A program made the position numbers and the translations under genes. A stretch of 64,000 bases of DNA from an uncultured delta proteobacterium (GTDB lineage: Bacteria > Myxococcota_A > UBA9160 > SMWR01). This document shows positions 47,981 through 58,406 of the stretch, piece after piece. The notes below the pieces were generated by a model that did not search any database, was not told where the DNA came from, and worked only from the letters and a program-made list of their open reading frames with translations. How positions within the stretch are numbered: position 1 is the stretch's first letter; each line of letters begins with the position of its first letter. The stretch is from contig CAWHTE010000011.1 of assembly GCA_963832165.1 (NCBI GenBank), forward strand, positions 640,001 through 704,000, written 5' to 3'.

Positions 47981-49438
47981 TCATCGCTCCGCGAGCAGCC
48001 GTTCCGCCTCGGCCTCGACCGCGGTACCCGCAAAGAAGCACGGATTGGCGCCGCCGTGCAGGCGCACGACGTTCGCGAACACGAAATCGCGGAACTGCGC
48101 GGCATCGAGTCCCGATCCGTGAGCTTCTTCGACGACCTCGCGCATGTCCTCCACGTCCCAGTGTCCGAAATCGCTGCTGAAGACGGCGCGCAGCGGCTCG
48201 CGGAGCGGAACGGTGAGCGGGTTCATGCCGATCGGTGTGGTCGCATCATCGGCCTCGCAGCCGAGATAGAAGCTGCGGACGAAGAGGTCGCGGATGTCCT
48301 CGACGCATTCGATCCGACAGGCCGCCCATTCGTCGAGCCCGGCGGGATCCTCCTCGTTCGCGCCGAGCCCCGCGATCGAGAGCAGGTCATCCCGAGTAGC
48401 CACGTGCTTCTCGACTAGCGGGCCGCCGTAGCGGCCGAACAGCTCGGCGAGCAGTGCTAGGTCGAGCTCTTTCGGGTCGAGTCGGTGGATTTCTCTCGCG
48501 TTGCGCTTCTGCCAGTATCCGATCGTGTCGTTCAGCAACGAAATCGCCCAGAGTACGCCGGCCTCGAGGAACGCGAATCGCAGCCGCGGGAAGCGCCGCG
48601 TGACGCCGCCCATGAAGAGCGACTTCGCGAGGTGTTCGTGCGCCGATGTGAACATGCCCAGATGGTTGAACATGTAGTTCGAGATCGAGCGGCGGGTGCC
48701 GCGTCCCAGGAAGTTCGAGTGCACTGTGGGAGCGACGCCGAGCTCGACGCATTTTGCCCAGACGGGATCGTAGTCGTACTCGCTGTCGAGGCCGAATGAG
48801 TCATACCAGTACGGCTCGCGGCTTCCCGGCGGCGGGCTCTTCACCCGGCGCTCGACGAAGCCCGCGATCGTCACGACCTTCAGACCGAGCTGCGACACCG
48901 CATGTTCGAGCTCCTCGATGGCCTCGTCGGGTGTGTGCATTGGGATCACTGCCGCGGGCGTCAGGCGATCCGTCAGGCCCGCGAACACCTCGGCATGGTG
49001 GGTGTTGAGTGCGCGGCACACGCAGCGGCGCAGCGCTTCGTCCTCGACGTGCGCGAATTCGAGTCCGACGGTCGGATAGACGATGGCGAAGTCGACACCC
49101 AGCTCATCGAGCCGCTCGTAGAGCAAGGCCGGTAGCAACGCGGTCGCGCGGTCGAGCGTGTTGCGCGTCGGCAGGCCCCACCAGCCGGGCCGCGCGACGC
49201 GCTGTGCGCGCCGCTGCTCCGCACTCAGCGCGTACCACGAGAGCCGCACCGGACCAGACGGATCTGCGAAATAACGCGACTGCAGATCGCGGACGAGCTG
49301 CGGACCACCGAGGTCGCGCATCCGGTCGAAGACCGCCGGCATGAACTCCACGGCGTGTGCGTCGGCGTCGATCACGGGATGCGGGAGACGCTCGCGTAGT
49401 CGGGCCGAGCCCGTCTCTCGTCGGCGCCCAGTGGACAC
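47981..49438 (-). CDS. Amidohydrolase_2 family protein (long subfamily)
   Basis: HPVIDADAH; PTVH; FNHLG; YLGCEADD; FSSDFGHWDV. Confidence 0.9.
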   Translation of the reverse strand: MSTGRRRETGSARLRERLPHPVIDADAHAVEFMPAVFDRMRDLGGPQLVRDLQSRYFADPSGPVRLSWYALSAEQRRAQRVARPGWWGLPTRNTLDRATALLPALLYERLDELGVDFAIVYPTVGLEFAHVEDEALRRCVCRALNTHHAEVFAGLTDRLTPAAVIPMHTPDEAIEELEHAVSQLGLKVVTIAGFVERRVKSPPPGSREPYWYDSFGLDSEYDYDPVWAKCVELGVAPTVHSNFLGRGTRRSISNYMFNHLGMFTSAHEHLAKSLFMGGVTRRFPRLRFAFLEAGVLWAISLLNDTIGYWQKRNAREIHRLDPKELDLALLAELFGRYGGPLVEKHVATRDDLLSIAGLGANEEDPAGLDEWAACRIECVEDIRDLFVRSFYLGCEADDATTPIGMNPLTVPLREPLRAVFSSDFGHWDVEDMREVVEEAHGSGLDAAQFRDFVFANVVRLHGGANPCFFAGTAVEAEAERLLAER

Positions 49439-49710
49439 GCGTCACACCTCCTATTCAATTACCGTGCGGAGGTGTACGATTCTATGGCAGCGTCGCGCGG
49501 TGCGCTGCGGAGGCTCGACGACGTGAAGATGCATTCACCCTCCGGCGCGCGGCTCGAGCAGCAGCTCCTGGGCGACCCGCATGACGAGGTCGTCGGACGG
49601 CCCAAGCGCGTGTTCACCGCACTGGCGTGTACCCACGAGGCCATGACGGTGGCCTGGTCGTAGACGAGGCACGGAAGCGGTTCACTTAGTTACAGCACGA
49701 GTCGGCAGCG

Positions 49711-50346
49711 ATGGTTCGCCCCCGGACACCCACCCAGCGACGCAGAGCGGGACGCAGACGAAACCCGAAACAAGACATCCTGCGTGCGACGGAGTCCTTG
49801 CTGCTCGATCGCGGTCTGGATGGCTTCTCGATCCGGCGCCTGTCGGAGCGATGTGGCTACCGTGCTCCCACCATCTATCACTACTTCGGCGATCGCCGCG
49901 GCCTGCTGGACGCGCTGCTCGAGGAGCGTTTTAGCGGGCTGCTCGAGCAGCTGGAGCGCGTCCCGCTCGGTGGCGACGAGCTCGCGGATCTGCGCGCGCT
50001 CTCACGAGCGCTCGTTGCGTTCGGTCTCGCGAACCCGAGCCACTACGCGGTGCTCGCGGCGCCGCGAGCCGAGGGCGAGCCTGCGCCGGCCGCGTCGGAC
50101 GTCGCGCGTCGGATCCTGGAGAAACCCTTCGAGTCGCTGCACCGCAGCGGCCGGCTCGTGACACGAGAGGTCGAGACGGCGCAGCAATCGCTATGGGTGT
50201 TCCTGCACGGATTCATCACGCTGCACGTGACGCGACCCGACATGCAATGGTCGCCCGACCTGCTCGACGCGGGTCTCGACGCGCTGCTCGGGGGACTGGT
50301 GCATCCGGCCTCGCCGCAAGCGGACGCGGGCAATGCGCCCCGGTAG
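49711..50346 (+). CDS. TetR regulator (WHG-type C-terminus)
   Basis: FSIRRLSERCGYRAPTIYHYF; WVFLHG. Confidence 0.88.
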   Translation: MVRPRTPTQRRRAGRRRNPKQDILRATESLLLDRGLDGFSIRRLSERCGYRAPTIYHYFGDRRGLLDALLEERFSGLLEQLERVPLGGDELADLRALSRALVAFGLANPSHYAVLAAPRAEGEPAPAASDVARRILEKPFESLHRSGRLVTREVETAQQSLWVFLHGFITLHVTRPDMQWSPDLLDAGLDALLGGLVHPASPQADAGNAPR

Positions 50347-50385
50347 CGTCGATGCGCTCCCTGCGAATCAAAACGGAGGAACGCG

Positions 50386-50892
50386 ATGAAGTTCCGATAC
50401 AGCCGCGACGTTCACTGCCCGCAGAAGATCGCATTCGACTACTACTGCGAGCGCGACAACGATCTGGAGTGGTGGGAGGGAGTGATCGAGAGCCGCCGCA
50501 TCTCGGCGATCCGGCAGGGAATCGGGGAGACGGTGCGCCAGACCTGCAAGGTATGGGGCATTCCCTTCCCGTTCGAGATCGAGATCGAGGTGGTGGAGTG
50601 GGACTACCCGAACCGGTATCGCGAGGTCAATCGCGGCAGCGCGACCCCCTACGATTGCTGGTACGCCGTCGAGAAGCTCGACGCAGATCACAGCCGCGTC
50701 GTCCTCGAGGGCGAGGTGTGGTTCCGTGGGCTCGGCTGGTTGTTTTCACCGATCGCCCGGGCCCTGCTCGACCGCCAGTCGCACCGCAACTTCGACAGGC
50801 TGAAGCAGCGCCTCGACGAGATCGGAGCGGCGCATCGGGCCGTGAGCCCGACGACGCTCGCGCCCCAGCCGCTCAGCGCAGCTCGTCCTTGA
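50386..50892 (+). CDS. SRPBCC/START-like protein
   Basis: AFDY..NDLEW; EVVEWDYP; C-terminal helix RNFDRLKQRL; GGAGG RBS. Confidence 0.8.
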   Translation: MKFRYSRDVHCPQKIAFDYYCERDNDLEWWEGVIESRRISAIRQGIGETVRQTCKVWGIPFPFEIEIEVVEWDYPNRYREVNRGSATPYDCWYAVEKLDADHSRVVLEGEVWFRGLGWLFSPIARALLDRQSHRNFDRLKQRLDEIGAAHRAVSPTTLAPQPLSAARP

Positions 50893-52174
50893 CGAAGCGT
50901 CCATCCTTCATGATGGCCTTCAGGTTGCGCACGGGATCCTTCAGCACCGCGATGTCGACCGACGGGTCGCCGTCGACCACGAGCAGGTCGGCGATCTTCC
51001 CCTCTTCGATCGTTCCGAGGTCCTGCGCCTGCTGCATCAGGACGGCGCCGTTCTTGGTCGCCCAGCGGATCACGTCGAGCGCCGGGATGCCGACGTCCTT
51101 CACATACACCTCGAGCTCGTGGGCATAGATGCCGGGCGTGTGCGGAATGATCTCGACACCGTAGTCGTCGCCGGGCACGATGCAGACGCCGGCCTTGTTC
51201 GCCTCCGGGAGCATCTTGCGCAGATTCTCCCATTCGCGCTTCACCGGGGCGAGCTGCTGATCGCGCGCGACGCTGGCGCCGCCGTCCGGGGCGCTCAGGA
51301 TGTGCTCGCGCAGGCGCTTGAGGAACAGCATGCTCGGGATGTAGATGGTGCCGTGCTTCACCATCATCTCGATGCACTGACCGTCCATCTCGTCGCCGTG
51401 ATCGATGATGTCGACGCCGAGCTCGATGCTCGTGACGATCGCCTTCTTCGCCACGCAGTGGGCGCGCACTCGCGCGTTGCGCTCGTGGGCGGCCTCGATT
51501 GCGGCGATGTACTCGTCGCGCGCCATGCCGCGATAATTGCCGCTCGACTCGACGCCGTGTCCGCCGGTCGGGAAGAGCTTGATGATTTGCGCGCCGCGCT
51601 TGATCTCGCCGCGCACCGCTTTGCGGATGTCGGCGACGCCGTCGCAGATCACCTCGGCTCCCACGCGCCGGATCCCGTCCACGCTGGGAGGGCCCATCTC
51701 CTTCCACCAGGGCGCGCTGTCGTTGTCGTTGCCGGTCGTGTCGATGTGCCGGCTGCACGGCACGATCCGCGGGCCCTCGAAGACGCCTTCCTCGATCGCC
51801 ATCTTCATCGAGGCGTCGATGTCGTGCGCGCATCCCGCGCTCACCACGCCGGTGATGCCGTTCATGAGCGCGTGCTGGAGGTTTCGCACCGAGACCGCGG
51901 CGTGATAGGCCGGTGGCTTCTCGAGGCCGAGATACTTCTCGTAGATCTCAGTGAGCTTGAGGTCGGGATAGTCCGGGTGCCAGTGGCCGAGGACCATGCC
52001 CGGCATCAACGTGCGCCCGTCGAGGTCGATCACGCGGTCCGCGGGGCCCGGAGCCGGCCCGGCCCCGTCGCTCACGGACGCGATGCGGCCCGCTTCGACG
52101 ACGACGGTTCCACCCGCCCGGGCCGCGTGCTCGCCGTCGAGCAGGTTTGCGTTTCGGAAGACAATGCGAGTCAC
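50873..52174 (-). CDS. Amidohydrolase_1 family (Xaa-Pro dipeptidase-like)
   Basis: MPGMVLGHWH; IKLFPTGG; RAHC; IDHG; GTIEEGKIADL. Confidence 0.9.
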   Translation of the reverse strand: MTRIVFRNANLLDGEHAARAGGTVVVEAGRIASVSDGAGPAPGPADRVIDLDGRTLMPGMVLGHWHPDYPDLKLTEIYEKYLGLEKPPAYHAAVSVRNLQHALMNGITGVVSAGCAHDIDASMKMAIEEGVFEGPRIVPCSRHIDTTGNDNDSAPWWKEMGPPSVDGIRRVGAEVICDGVADIRKAVRGEIKRGAQIIKLFPTGGHGVESSGNYRGMARDEYIAAIEAAHERNARVRAHCVAKKAIVTSIELGVDIIDHGDEMDGQCIEMMVKHGTIYIPSMLFLKRLREHILSAPDGGASVARDQQLAPVKREWENLRKMLPEANKAGVCIVPGDDYGVEIIPHTPGIYAHELEVYVKDVGIPALDVIRWATKNGAVLMQQAQDLGTIEEGKIADLLVVDGDPSVDIAVLKDPVRNLKAIMKDGRFVKDELR

Positions 52175-55100
52175 GGCGACACCTCCTGTGGTGAATGAGC
52201 CGAGAGGACCCCCGCTGCGGGGCTCCGCAAACGGAAGGCCTCGACGAGCTCCGCGTGCTTCGCTCGCGCGCGCTCGAGGTGCTCGTCCTTGACGATCCCG
52301 AACCCGCGCACGTGCTCCGGAAGACTCGCGATCTCGACCGCGAGATCGCGGTTGTCCGGCGCGAGGTCGTCGAGCAGCTCGGCGATCGTGCGCTCGTATT
52401 CGGCGATCAGGCGACGCTCGGTGCGCCGATGGGCGGTCCAGCCGAAGACGTCGAGCGGCGTTCCGCGCAGGAACTTCAGCCGCGCGAGGACTCGGAACAG
52501 CGGGAACACCCAGGGCCCGACCGAGATCTTGCGCACACGCCCGGAATCGCGGTCGCTCGGGAATATCAGCTGCGGAGCCAGCTGCAGCGAGACGCGATAG
52601 TCGCCTTGGAAGGTCTGATCGAGCTGACGCTGAAAGCTGCCGTCGGTGTAGAGGCGGGCGACTTCGTACTCGTCCTTGTAGGCGAGCAGCTTGAAGTAGT
52701 AGCGCGCGACCGCTTCCGCGAGCGGCGTATCGTGGCCGGCGAGCTGCTGCTCTCGAGATGCGACGCGCGCCACGAGGTCGCGGTAGCGCTCGGCATATTG
52801 CGCGTCCTGATATCCGGTCAGGAAGTCGGCGCGAAGCGTGACGATTTCGTCGAGCTTCTGCACGGCCGGCCGCTCGTCGCGAAGCGCCGGCCGGGCGGCG
52901 CGCTCGACCGCGGCGAGTTCATGCGCGGCCATGCGGCCCCATGCCAGCGCGCGCCGATTCATGGCCACGGACCGCCCATTGAGCTCGATCGCGCGCTCGA
53001 GCGCCGCGAGCCCGACGGGCAACGCACCGAGCTGAGCGGCGTAGCCGAGCAGGAACAGGTTCACTCCGATCGCATCACCCAGCAGTGCGGTCGCGAGGGG
53101 CGTGGCGCGTACGAAGTGGGAGCTGCCGTTGGCTGCCGCGGCCTCGATCGCTCGCTCCATCCGCTCGGAGGAGAGGTCGAGATCGGGGTCCGTGGCGAAG
53201 TCTTTGGTCGGAGCCACGTGCTGATTTACGACCGCGAGGGTTCGGTCGCGGCTCATCTTGCCGAGCGCCTCGGCTCCCGCGGTCACGACGATGTCGCAGC
53301 CCACGACGAGATCGCAGCTCCCCGCGGAGAGCCGCGTTGCGTGCAGGTCCTCGGCGCGCGCCGCGATGCGCACGTGGCTCATCACCGGTCCGTTCTTCTG
53401 GGCCAGGCCGGTGACGTCGAGTACCGAGCACCCCTTTCCTTCCAGGTGGGCCGCCATGCCCATCAGCGCGCCGACCGTGATCACGCCGGTCCCCCCGATC
53501 CCGGTCACGAGCACGTTGTAGGGATGGGCGAGGTCCGCGACCGGCGGTTCGGGAAGGCTTGCGAAGTCGAACTGCGCGGTCGCGTCGGTCGGCTCGCTGC
53601 CCGCCTTGCGCAGCGATCCTCCCGTCACTACCGCGAAGCTCGGGCAATAGCCCTGGAGGCACGAGTAGTCCTTGTTGCAAGAAGATTGGTTGATGCGCCG
53701 CTTGCGGCCGAGCTCCGTCTCGACAGGCTCGATCGAGATGCAGTTCGATTGCACGCTGCAATCACCGCATCCCTCGCACACGAGCTCGTTGATCACGACG
53801 CGCCGATCGGGGTCCGGGAACTCGCCCCGGTTGCGCAGCCGGCGCGCCTCCGCAGCACAGGTCTGGTCGTACACGATCGCCGACACGCCGATCTGTTCGC
53901 GAAGGCTGCGCTGGACGTGATCGAGCTCGCTGCGATCGTGCACGGTGACTCCGGGAGGGAATCCCGTGTTCCGGAAGCGATCGGGCTCGACGCTCACGAC
54001 CGCAATCGGACGCACGCGCTCCGCGTGGAGCTGCGCGACGATGTCCGGGACGGTCACCTCGCTGTCGATCGATTCGCCCTCTACGGGCTGTCCACCCGTC
54101 ATCGCGACCGCGCCGTTCGCGAGGATCTTGTAGGTGATGTTCACGTTCGCGGCGACCGTCGCGCGCACGGCCAGCAGGCCGGAGTGGAAGAACGTCCCGT
54201 CTCCCATGTTCTGGAAGATGTGCGGCGTATCGGTGAAGGGAGCGGAGCCGATCCAGTTGGCGCCTTCTGCTCCCATGTGCGTGTACGAAAGCGTGCGCCG
54301 CTCGGGAAGCCAGACGGCCATCCCGTGACAACCGATTCCGCCCTGCGCGACGCTGCCTTCCGGAACCGCCGTAGACGTGTTATGTGGGCACCCGGAGCAG
54401 AACGCGGGTGCGCGTGCGAGCGAGGAGGTCTGGACAACGACGGGTGCAGGCGTCTCGTGCGCGAGTTCGGGGAGGTGCGGAGCCAGCCACCTCCGGAGCG
54501 CGTCGGCCACATCCTTGGGCGTGAGCTCCCCCACGGACGAGAGCAGCGGCGCCCCCACCGCATCGCGCTTGCCCTGGATGCTCGGACGCGCAGGGCCGTG
54601 GTAGAGAATGTGCGCGAGCTGCTCTTCGATCAGCGGCCGTTTCTCTTCGACGACGATCACTTCGTCGAGGCCTGCCGCGAAGCGACGTGCGCCCTCCGGT
54701 TCGAGCGGCCACGTGAGCGCGATCTTGTAGATGGCGAGGCCGATCCGAGCCGCGCGTGCCTCGTCGATGCCCATTTCCGCAAGCGCCTGCCGCACGTCGA
54801 GATACGCCTTGCCCGCCGTGACGATCCCGAGCCGCCGCCGCGGCGCATCGAGCACGACGCGGTCGAGTCCGTTCGCGCGCACGAAAGCCTGGGCGGCCGG
54901 CAGGCGCACATCGAAGTGGACCTGCTCCCTCGCGACCGGCGGGATGGCTCCCGACCATATGCCGTGGACTCCAGCCGGCCGCTCGATGTCGGTGGGCTGG
55001 GCGATGTGTACGCGGCCCGGTCCTACTTCGACCGACGCGGCGCTCTCCACGGAGTCGGTCACGCACTTGAAGCCGACCCAGCATCCCGCATAGCGCGACA

Positions 55101-55680
55101 TCGCCCATCCGTACAGGCCGAAGTCGAGATAGTCCTGAACGTTCGCGGGATTCAGAATCGGAATTCCGCAGTGCACGAGCGCGTGCTCGCTCTGATGCGC
55201 GAGCGACGACGATTTGGCGCCCGGATCGTCGCCGGCCAGCACGAGAACGCCGCCGTGGGGCGAGGTGCCCGAGAAATTTCCGTGCTTGAGCGCGTCACAC
55301 GAACGGTCCACTCCGGGGCCCTTGCCGTACCAGATCGCGAACACGCCGTCGTGCCGCGCGCCGGGCAGCAGGTGCACCTGTTGCGATCCCCATACTGCGG
55401 TCGCGGCGAGATCTTCGTTCACTCCGGGCTCGAAGCGGATCCGGTGATCGTCGAGGAAGCGCTTGGCCTGCCAGAGCGCCAGGTCGTACGTGCCGAGCGG
55501 TGAGCCGCGGTAGCCCGAGATGAAACCGGCTGTGTCGAGACCCGCCTCCTCGTCGCGCCGCCGCTGATCCATGGGGAGTCGGACGAGCGCCTGGACGCCC
55601 GTGAGGTAGATCGGCCCAGACCGGCGCACGTACTTGTCGTCGAGGCCGTACTCGCGGTCGATGCCGGTGGTCTGCTTCAT
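52171..55680 (-). CDS. Indolepyruvate ferredoxin oxidoreductase family, fused alpha/beta
   Basis: SGYRGSPLG; FCSGCPHN; TPP motif GDGTFFHSG; CEGCGDC; GIGGTG; LLAYKDEYEVAR. Confidence 0.95.
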   Translation of the reverse strand: MKQTTGIDREYGLDDKYVRRSGPIYLTGVQALVRLPMDQRRRDEEAGLDTAGFISGYRGSPLGTYDLALWQAKRFLDDHRIRFEPGVNEDLAATAVWGSQQVHLLPGARHDGVFAIWYGKGPGVDRSCDALKHGNFSGTSPHGGVLVLAGDDPGAKSSSLAHQSEHALVHCGIPILNPANVQDYLDFGLYGWAMSRYAGCWVGFKCVTDSVESAASVEVGPGRVHIAQPTDIERPAGVHGIWSGAIPPVAREQVHFDVRLPAAQAFVRANGLDRVVLDAPRRRLGIVTAGKAYLDVRQALAEMGIDEARAARIGLAIYKIALTWPLEPEGARRFAAGLDEVIVVEEKRPLIEEQLAHILYHGPARPSIQGKRDAVGAPLLSSVGELTPKDVADALRRWLAPHLPELAHETPAPVVVQTSSLARAPAFCSGCPHNTSTAVPEGSVAQGGIGCHGMAVWLPERRTLSYTHMGAEGANWIGSAPFTDTPHIFQNMGDGTFFHSGLLAVRATVAANVNITYKILANGAVAMTGGQPVEGESIDSEVTVPDIVAQLHAERVRPIAVVSVEPDRFRNTGFPPGVTVHDRSELDHVQRSLREQIGVSAIVYDQTCAAEARRLRNRGEFPDPDRRVVINELVCEGCGDCSVQSNCISIEPVETELGRKRRINQSSCNKDYSCLQGYCPSFAVVTGGSLRKAGSEPTDATAQFDFASLPEPPVADLAHPYNVLVTGIGGTGVITVGALMGMAAHLEGKGCSVLDVTGLAQKNGPVMSHVRIAARAEDLHATRLSAGSCDLVVGCDIVVTAGAEALGKMSRDRTLAVVNQHVAPTKDFATDPDLDLSSERMERAIEAAAANGSSHFVRATPLATALLGDAIGVNLFLLGYAAQLGALPVGLAALERAIELNGRSVAMNRRALAWGRMAAHELAAVERAARPALRDERPAVQKLDEIVTLRADFLTGYQDAQYAERYRDLVARVASREQQLAGHDTPLAEAVARYYFKLLAYKDEYEVARLYTDGSFQRQLDQTFQGDYRVSLQLAPQLIFPSDRDSGRVRKISVGPWVFPLFRVLARLKFLRGTPLDVFGWTAHRRTERRLIAEYERTIAELLDDLAPDNRDLAVEIASLPEHVRGFGIVKDEHLERARAKHAELVEAFRLRSPAAGVLSAHSPQEVSP

Positions 55681-56864
55681 CGCGGGTGGGCCCCTTCGAG
55701 CCCGAACGCGCGAACGCCGTTGTCCCAGGCGAGCTTGCGGCGCACGTCGCTCGGCAACGCGCGCAGATTGGCGCGGAACGCATCGGCGCCGCCTGGGAAC
55801 GTGGCGTCCGCATGTGGATAGTCGAGCGCCCAGACCATCGAGTCGCAGATGTGCTCGCTCGCAAAGGCGAGACCGACTTCGTCGCCCTCGAATACGACGA
55901 ATCCCTGGCGCGCGAAATACTCCGAGGGCAGCAGATCCAGGCGCATCTGGAACGCCTGGCGCAGCGCCTCGCCGCCGCGCGCATACTCGTCCATGCGCTC
56001 AAGCGCCGTCACGAACCACGTTCCGTGACTCTCGGTGAGCATGACGTTGAGGCGGGGATGGCGGTCCAGCACGCCCTCGAACACCAGCTGGGCGAACGCT
56101 GTCCAGGCCTCGATCGGAAAGCCGAACATGATCCCGTAGAACGTCGCGTGCCAGAAAGGACGCGTGGTTTTGTAGTGGCGCGTGATCGGTCCGACCAGGC
56201 CCTCGTCGGGTGCGCAGCTGTGGAATACCAGCAGCAGGCCGCGCTCCTCGATCGCGCCGTAGATCGCGTCGAATGCGGGATCGCCGACGAAGCCGCTCGG
56301 GTACTCGGGTGCCGGACGCATGACCACGCCGCGGAAGACGTCGCGCTTTCCCACGCGCTCGAGCTCGCGCAGCGCGCGATCGGGCGCCTGCCACGGGAGC
56401 ACCATGTTCGCGTACACGCGTCCGCGCACGGCCGCGCAGTGATCGGCCACCCAGTCGTTGTAGGCGCGGCACATCGCCTCCGCGACCTCGGCGTCCTCGA
56501 CGAAGCCGAGCCGCAGACCCGGCGACGAGGGATTCACGATCTGGACGTCGATGCGCTCGACGTCCATGTCCGCCAAGCGCTTGGCGGGATCCCATCCGCC
56601 CGGATTGGCCTCGAGGTAGCGCACGCCTTTCGCCAGACGCTCTACCGATACGCCCGCGGCCGCGGTGTAGGCGGCGTCTTCGAGCAGGAGCTTGCCTCCC
56701 TCGTAGAGCCGCGTTCCGGGGCGTCCCATTCGGTCCAACCCGTCGACGAAGCGGAACGGAGAGGCGCCGCGGTAGGCGGGATCCATGTACTCGCCCTCCC
56801 AGAGGTCGGGCGGCTCCGCGACGTGGCTGTCGGTATCGATCAGGAGCGCGGGTTCTTCGGCCAC
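55677..56864 (-). CDS. Amidohydrolase_2 family protein
   Basis: IDTDSHVAEP; RAYNDW; VFH; WALDYPHADATFP. Confidence 0.9.
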   Translation of the reverse strand: MAEEPALLIDTDSHVAEPPDLWEGEYMDPAYRGASPFRFVDGLDRMGRPGTRLYEGGKLLLEDAAYTAAAGVSVERLAKGVRYLEANPGGWDPAKRLADMDVERIDVQIVNPSSPGLRLGFVEDAEVAEAMCRAYNDWVADHCAAVRGRVYANMVLPWQAPDRALRELERVGKRDVFRGVVMRPAPEYPSGFVGDPAFDAIYGAIEERGLLLVFHSCAPDEGLVGPITRHYKTTRPFWHATFYGIMFGFPIEAWTAFAQLVFEGVLDRHPRLNVMLTESHGTWFVTALERMDEYARGGEALRQAFQMRLDLLPSEYFARQGFVVFEGDEVGLAFASEHICDSMVWALDYPHADATFPGGADAFRANLRALPSDVRRKLAWDNGVRAFGLEGAHPR

Positions 56865-57154
56865 GTCGTTCCTCTCTCGACCGCCCGAGCGAGCGCGGGC
56901 GGCGGCTCCCAGAAGGTGTCGGCTCCTGCGAGCTCGACGATCGCGTCGGGGCCGAGCACCTCGCGCACGCAGCGGGCGAAGTACACACCGAAGAGACACG
57001 TGGGATCGGTGAGGCGCAGGCGCACGCGCGGGGGGCTGCCCGGCTCGATGGCATCGATCAGCCCGAACGAGACGATGTCGGTCGGACGCCCGTGCGAGAT
57101 CGAGCAGGGGTCATGGATGAGTGCCAGGCGCTCGAGGATTTCGTCGCGCGTCAC
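56840..57154 (-). CDS. DUF59 (PaaD/SufT-like) metal-cluster maturation protein
   Basis: IHDPCS; DIVSFGLI; LRLTDPTC. GTGA coupling to the upstream amidohydrolase. Confidence 0.8.
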   Translation of the reverse strand: MTRDEILERLALIHDPCSISHGRPTDIVSFGLIDAIEPGSPPRVRLRLTDPTCLFGVYFARCVREVLGPDAIVELAGADTFWEPPPALARAVERGTTWPKNPRS

Positions 57155-58224
57155 GACGGAACCCGCGACCACGGCGGAGCCAGCCCGCGCGCCGCGCGTG
57201 CCTTCGCCACCTCGTCTCCGGCAAGGCGACGGCCGAGCTCGTCCTCGTCGATGCCGTGCAGACGCAGCAGATTCGCGCCGAGGATCTTCGCCTTCACCTC
57301 GTCATCGAACGGCGGAAATCCCTCGTCCTCCACGAGGTCCTTCGGCATCTCGAAACGGCGCAACGCTTCGATGATCGGCTGCGTATGGGTCAGCATGCAG
57401 CCGGTGCCGTAAAGGATCTTGTCGGCTCCGCCGAGCGCGAGGAGGCTTCCGAGGATCCGCGCGAAGCGGCGCGGATAGCGCACCACGAGGTTCGCCGTGA
57501 TCTCGAGGTTCGCGTAGACGTTGGGATGCCGTCCGAGCTGATACGCGGTCTCCTCGAGGAACGCCATCCCCGAGTGGACGACCTCGAAGCTGAGCTCCGG
57601 GAAGGCGACGGCCGCTTCGTCGACGTCGTTCACGTTCAAGTAGGGATCGAGTGGTTCGCGGCGGAACGGGACCGCCTTGTGCATCGCCACGTGACGAACA
57701 CCGATATCGAGCGCGTGGCGCAACAGCGGGTACATGCGATCCACGTCGTTGAACAGCACGCCGTCCGCGCGCCCGTTCGCATCGTAGGCGCCCGTCACGG
57801 GGTAGAACTTGAAGCCCACGACGCTGTATTCCTCGCGCAGCCGGTCCATCTGCTCGATCGCGCGTGCGCCGGCCGTCGAGTCGACCCCGCCATAGAGCAA
57901 CACGCGGCCCGGCAGCGCGCGCGCCAGCTCTGCGCCCACCGCGATCGGCGTTCCGCCATCGCGCAGTACGGGGGTGAGAGCCACGTCGTGGTAGATCGCG
58001 AGGTCGGTCTCGCTCTCGAAGAACACGACCGACGCCATGGATTCCGCGTCCCAACGGCGCACGAACGCCTCGGGCGGGCAGAGGTAGTCCGGGTGCGACC
58101 ACTGCGCGTGCATTCCGATCAGCTGCTGGCGGAGCATCTCGTACTCGGCCGGAGTCGCACCGGGGGCGCGGTTGTTCGGGGTCATGTTGTAGGCGTGGAT
58201 GACCGCGTCCGCGACGATCGCCAT
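57151..58224 (-). CDS. Amidohydrolase_2 family protein (DUF59-associated type)
   Basis: DAVIH; FKFYP; MHKAVP; FPELSFEVVHSG; PNVYANLE; KILYGT. Confidence 0.88.
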   Translation of the reverse strand: MAIVADAVIHAYNMTPNNRAPGATPAEYEMLRQQLIGMHAQWSHPDYLCPPEAFVRRWDAESMASVVFFESETDLAIYHDVALTPVLRDGGTPIAVGAELARALPGRVLLYGGVDSTAGARAIEQMDRLREEYSVVGFKFYPVTGAYDANGRADGVLFNDVDRMYPLLRHALDIGVRHVAMHKAVPFRREPLDPYLNVNDVDEAAVAFPELSFEVVHSGMAFLEETAYQLGRHPNVYANLEITANLVVRYPRRFARILGSLLALGGADKILYGTGCMLTHTQPIIEALRRFEMPKDLVEDEGFPPFDDEVKAKILGANLLRLHGIDEDELGRRLAGDEVAKARAARGLAPPWSRVPS

Positions 58225-58353
58225 GGGTTACTCGCTGCCTCGCAAAAACGTGCGAGAAAGTGATAAAAGAGTATGCGACGCTGAGCGGTCCCGACAACTG
58301 AAAAGCTGCCGCCGCCCCTGCCGCGACAGAATTCGGCACCGCTCCGCGTTTCG

Positions 58354-58374
58354 ATTATTGATATATATAGTTAC
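58354..58374. promoter_or_regulatory. AT-rich candidate regulatory site
   Basis: ATTATTGATATATATAGTTAC, 16/21 identical to 39330..39350; divergent intergenic region. Confidence 0.4.
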
Positions 58375-58406
58375 ATATAGGCAGAGACGACGCGAGGAAG
58401 GACCTG

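Noticed and set aside
49472..49663. Small ORF in the amidohydrolase-TetR spacer
   Set aside because: No recognisable domain or convincing RBS; cannot be supported.
52195..55503. Long antisense and alternate-frame ORFs (e.g. 1102 aa here, also 6275..8446 and 26045..28534)
   Set aside because: Shadow ORFs of real genes caused by high-GC codon bias; no recognisable motifs.
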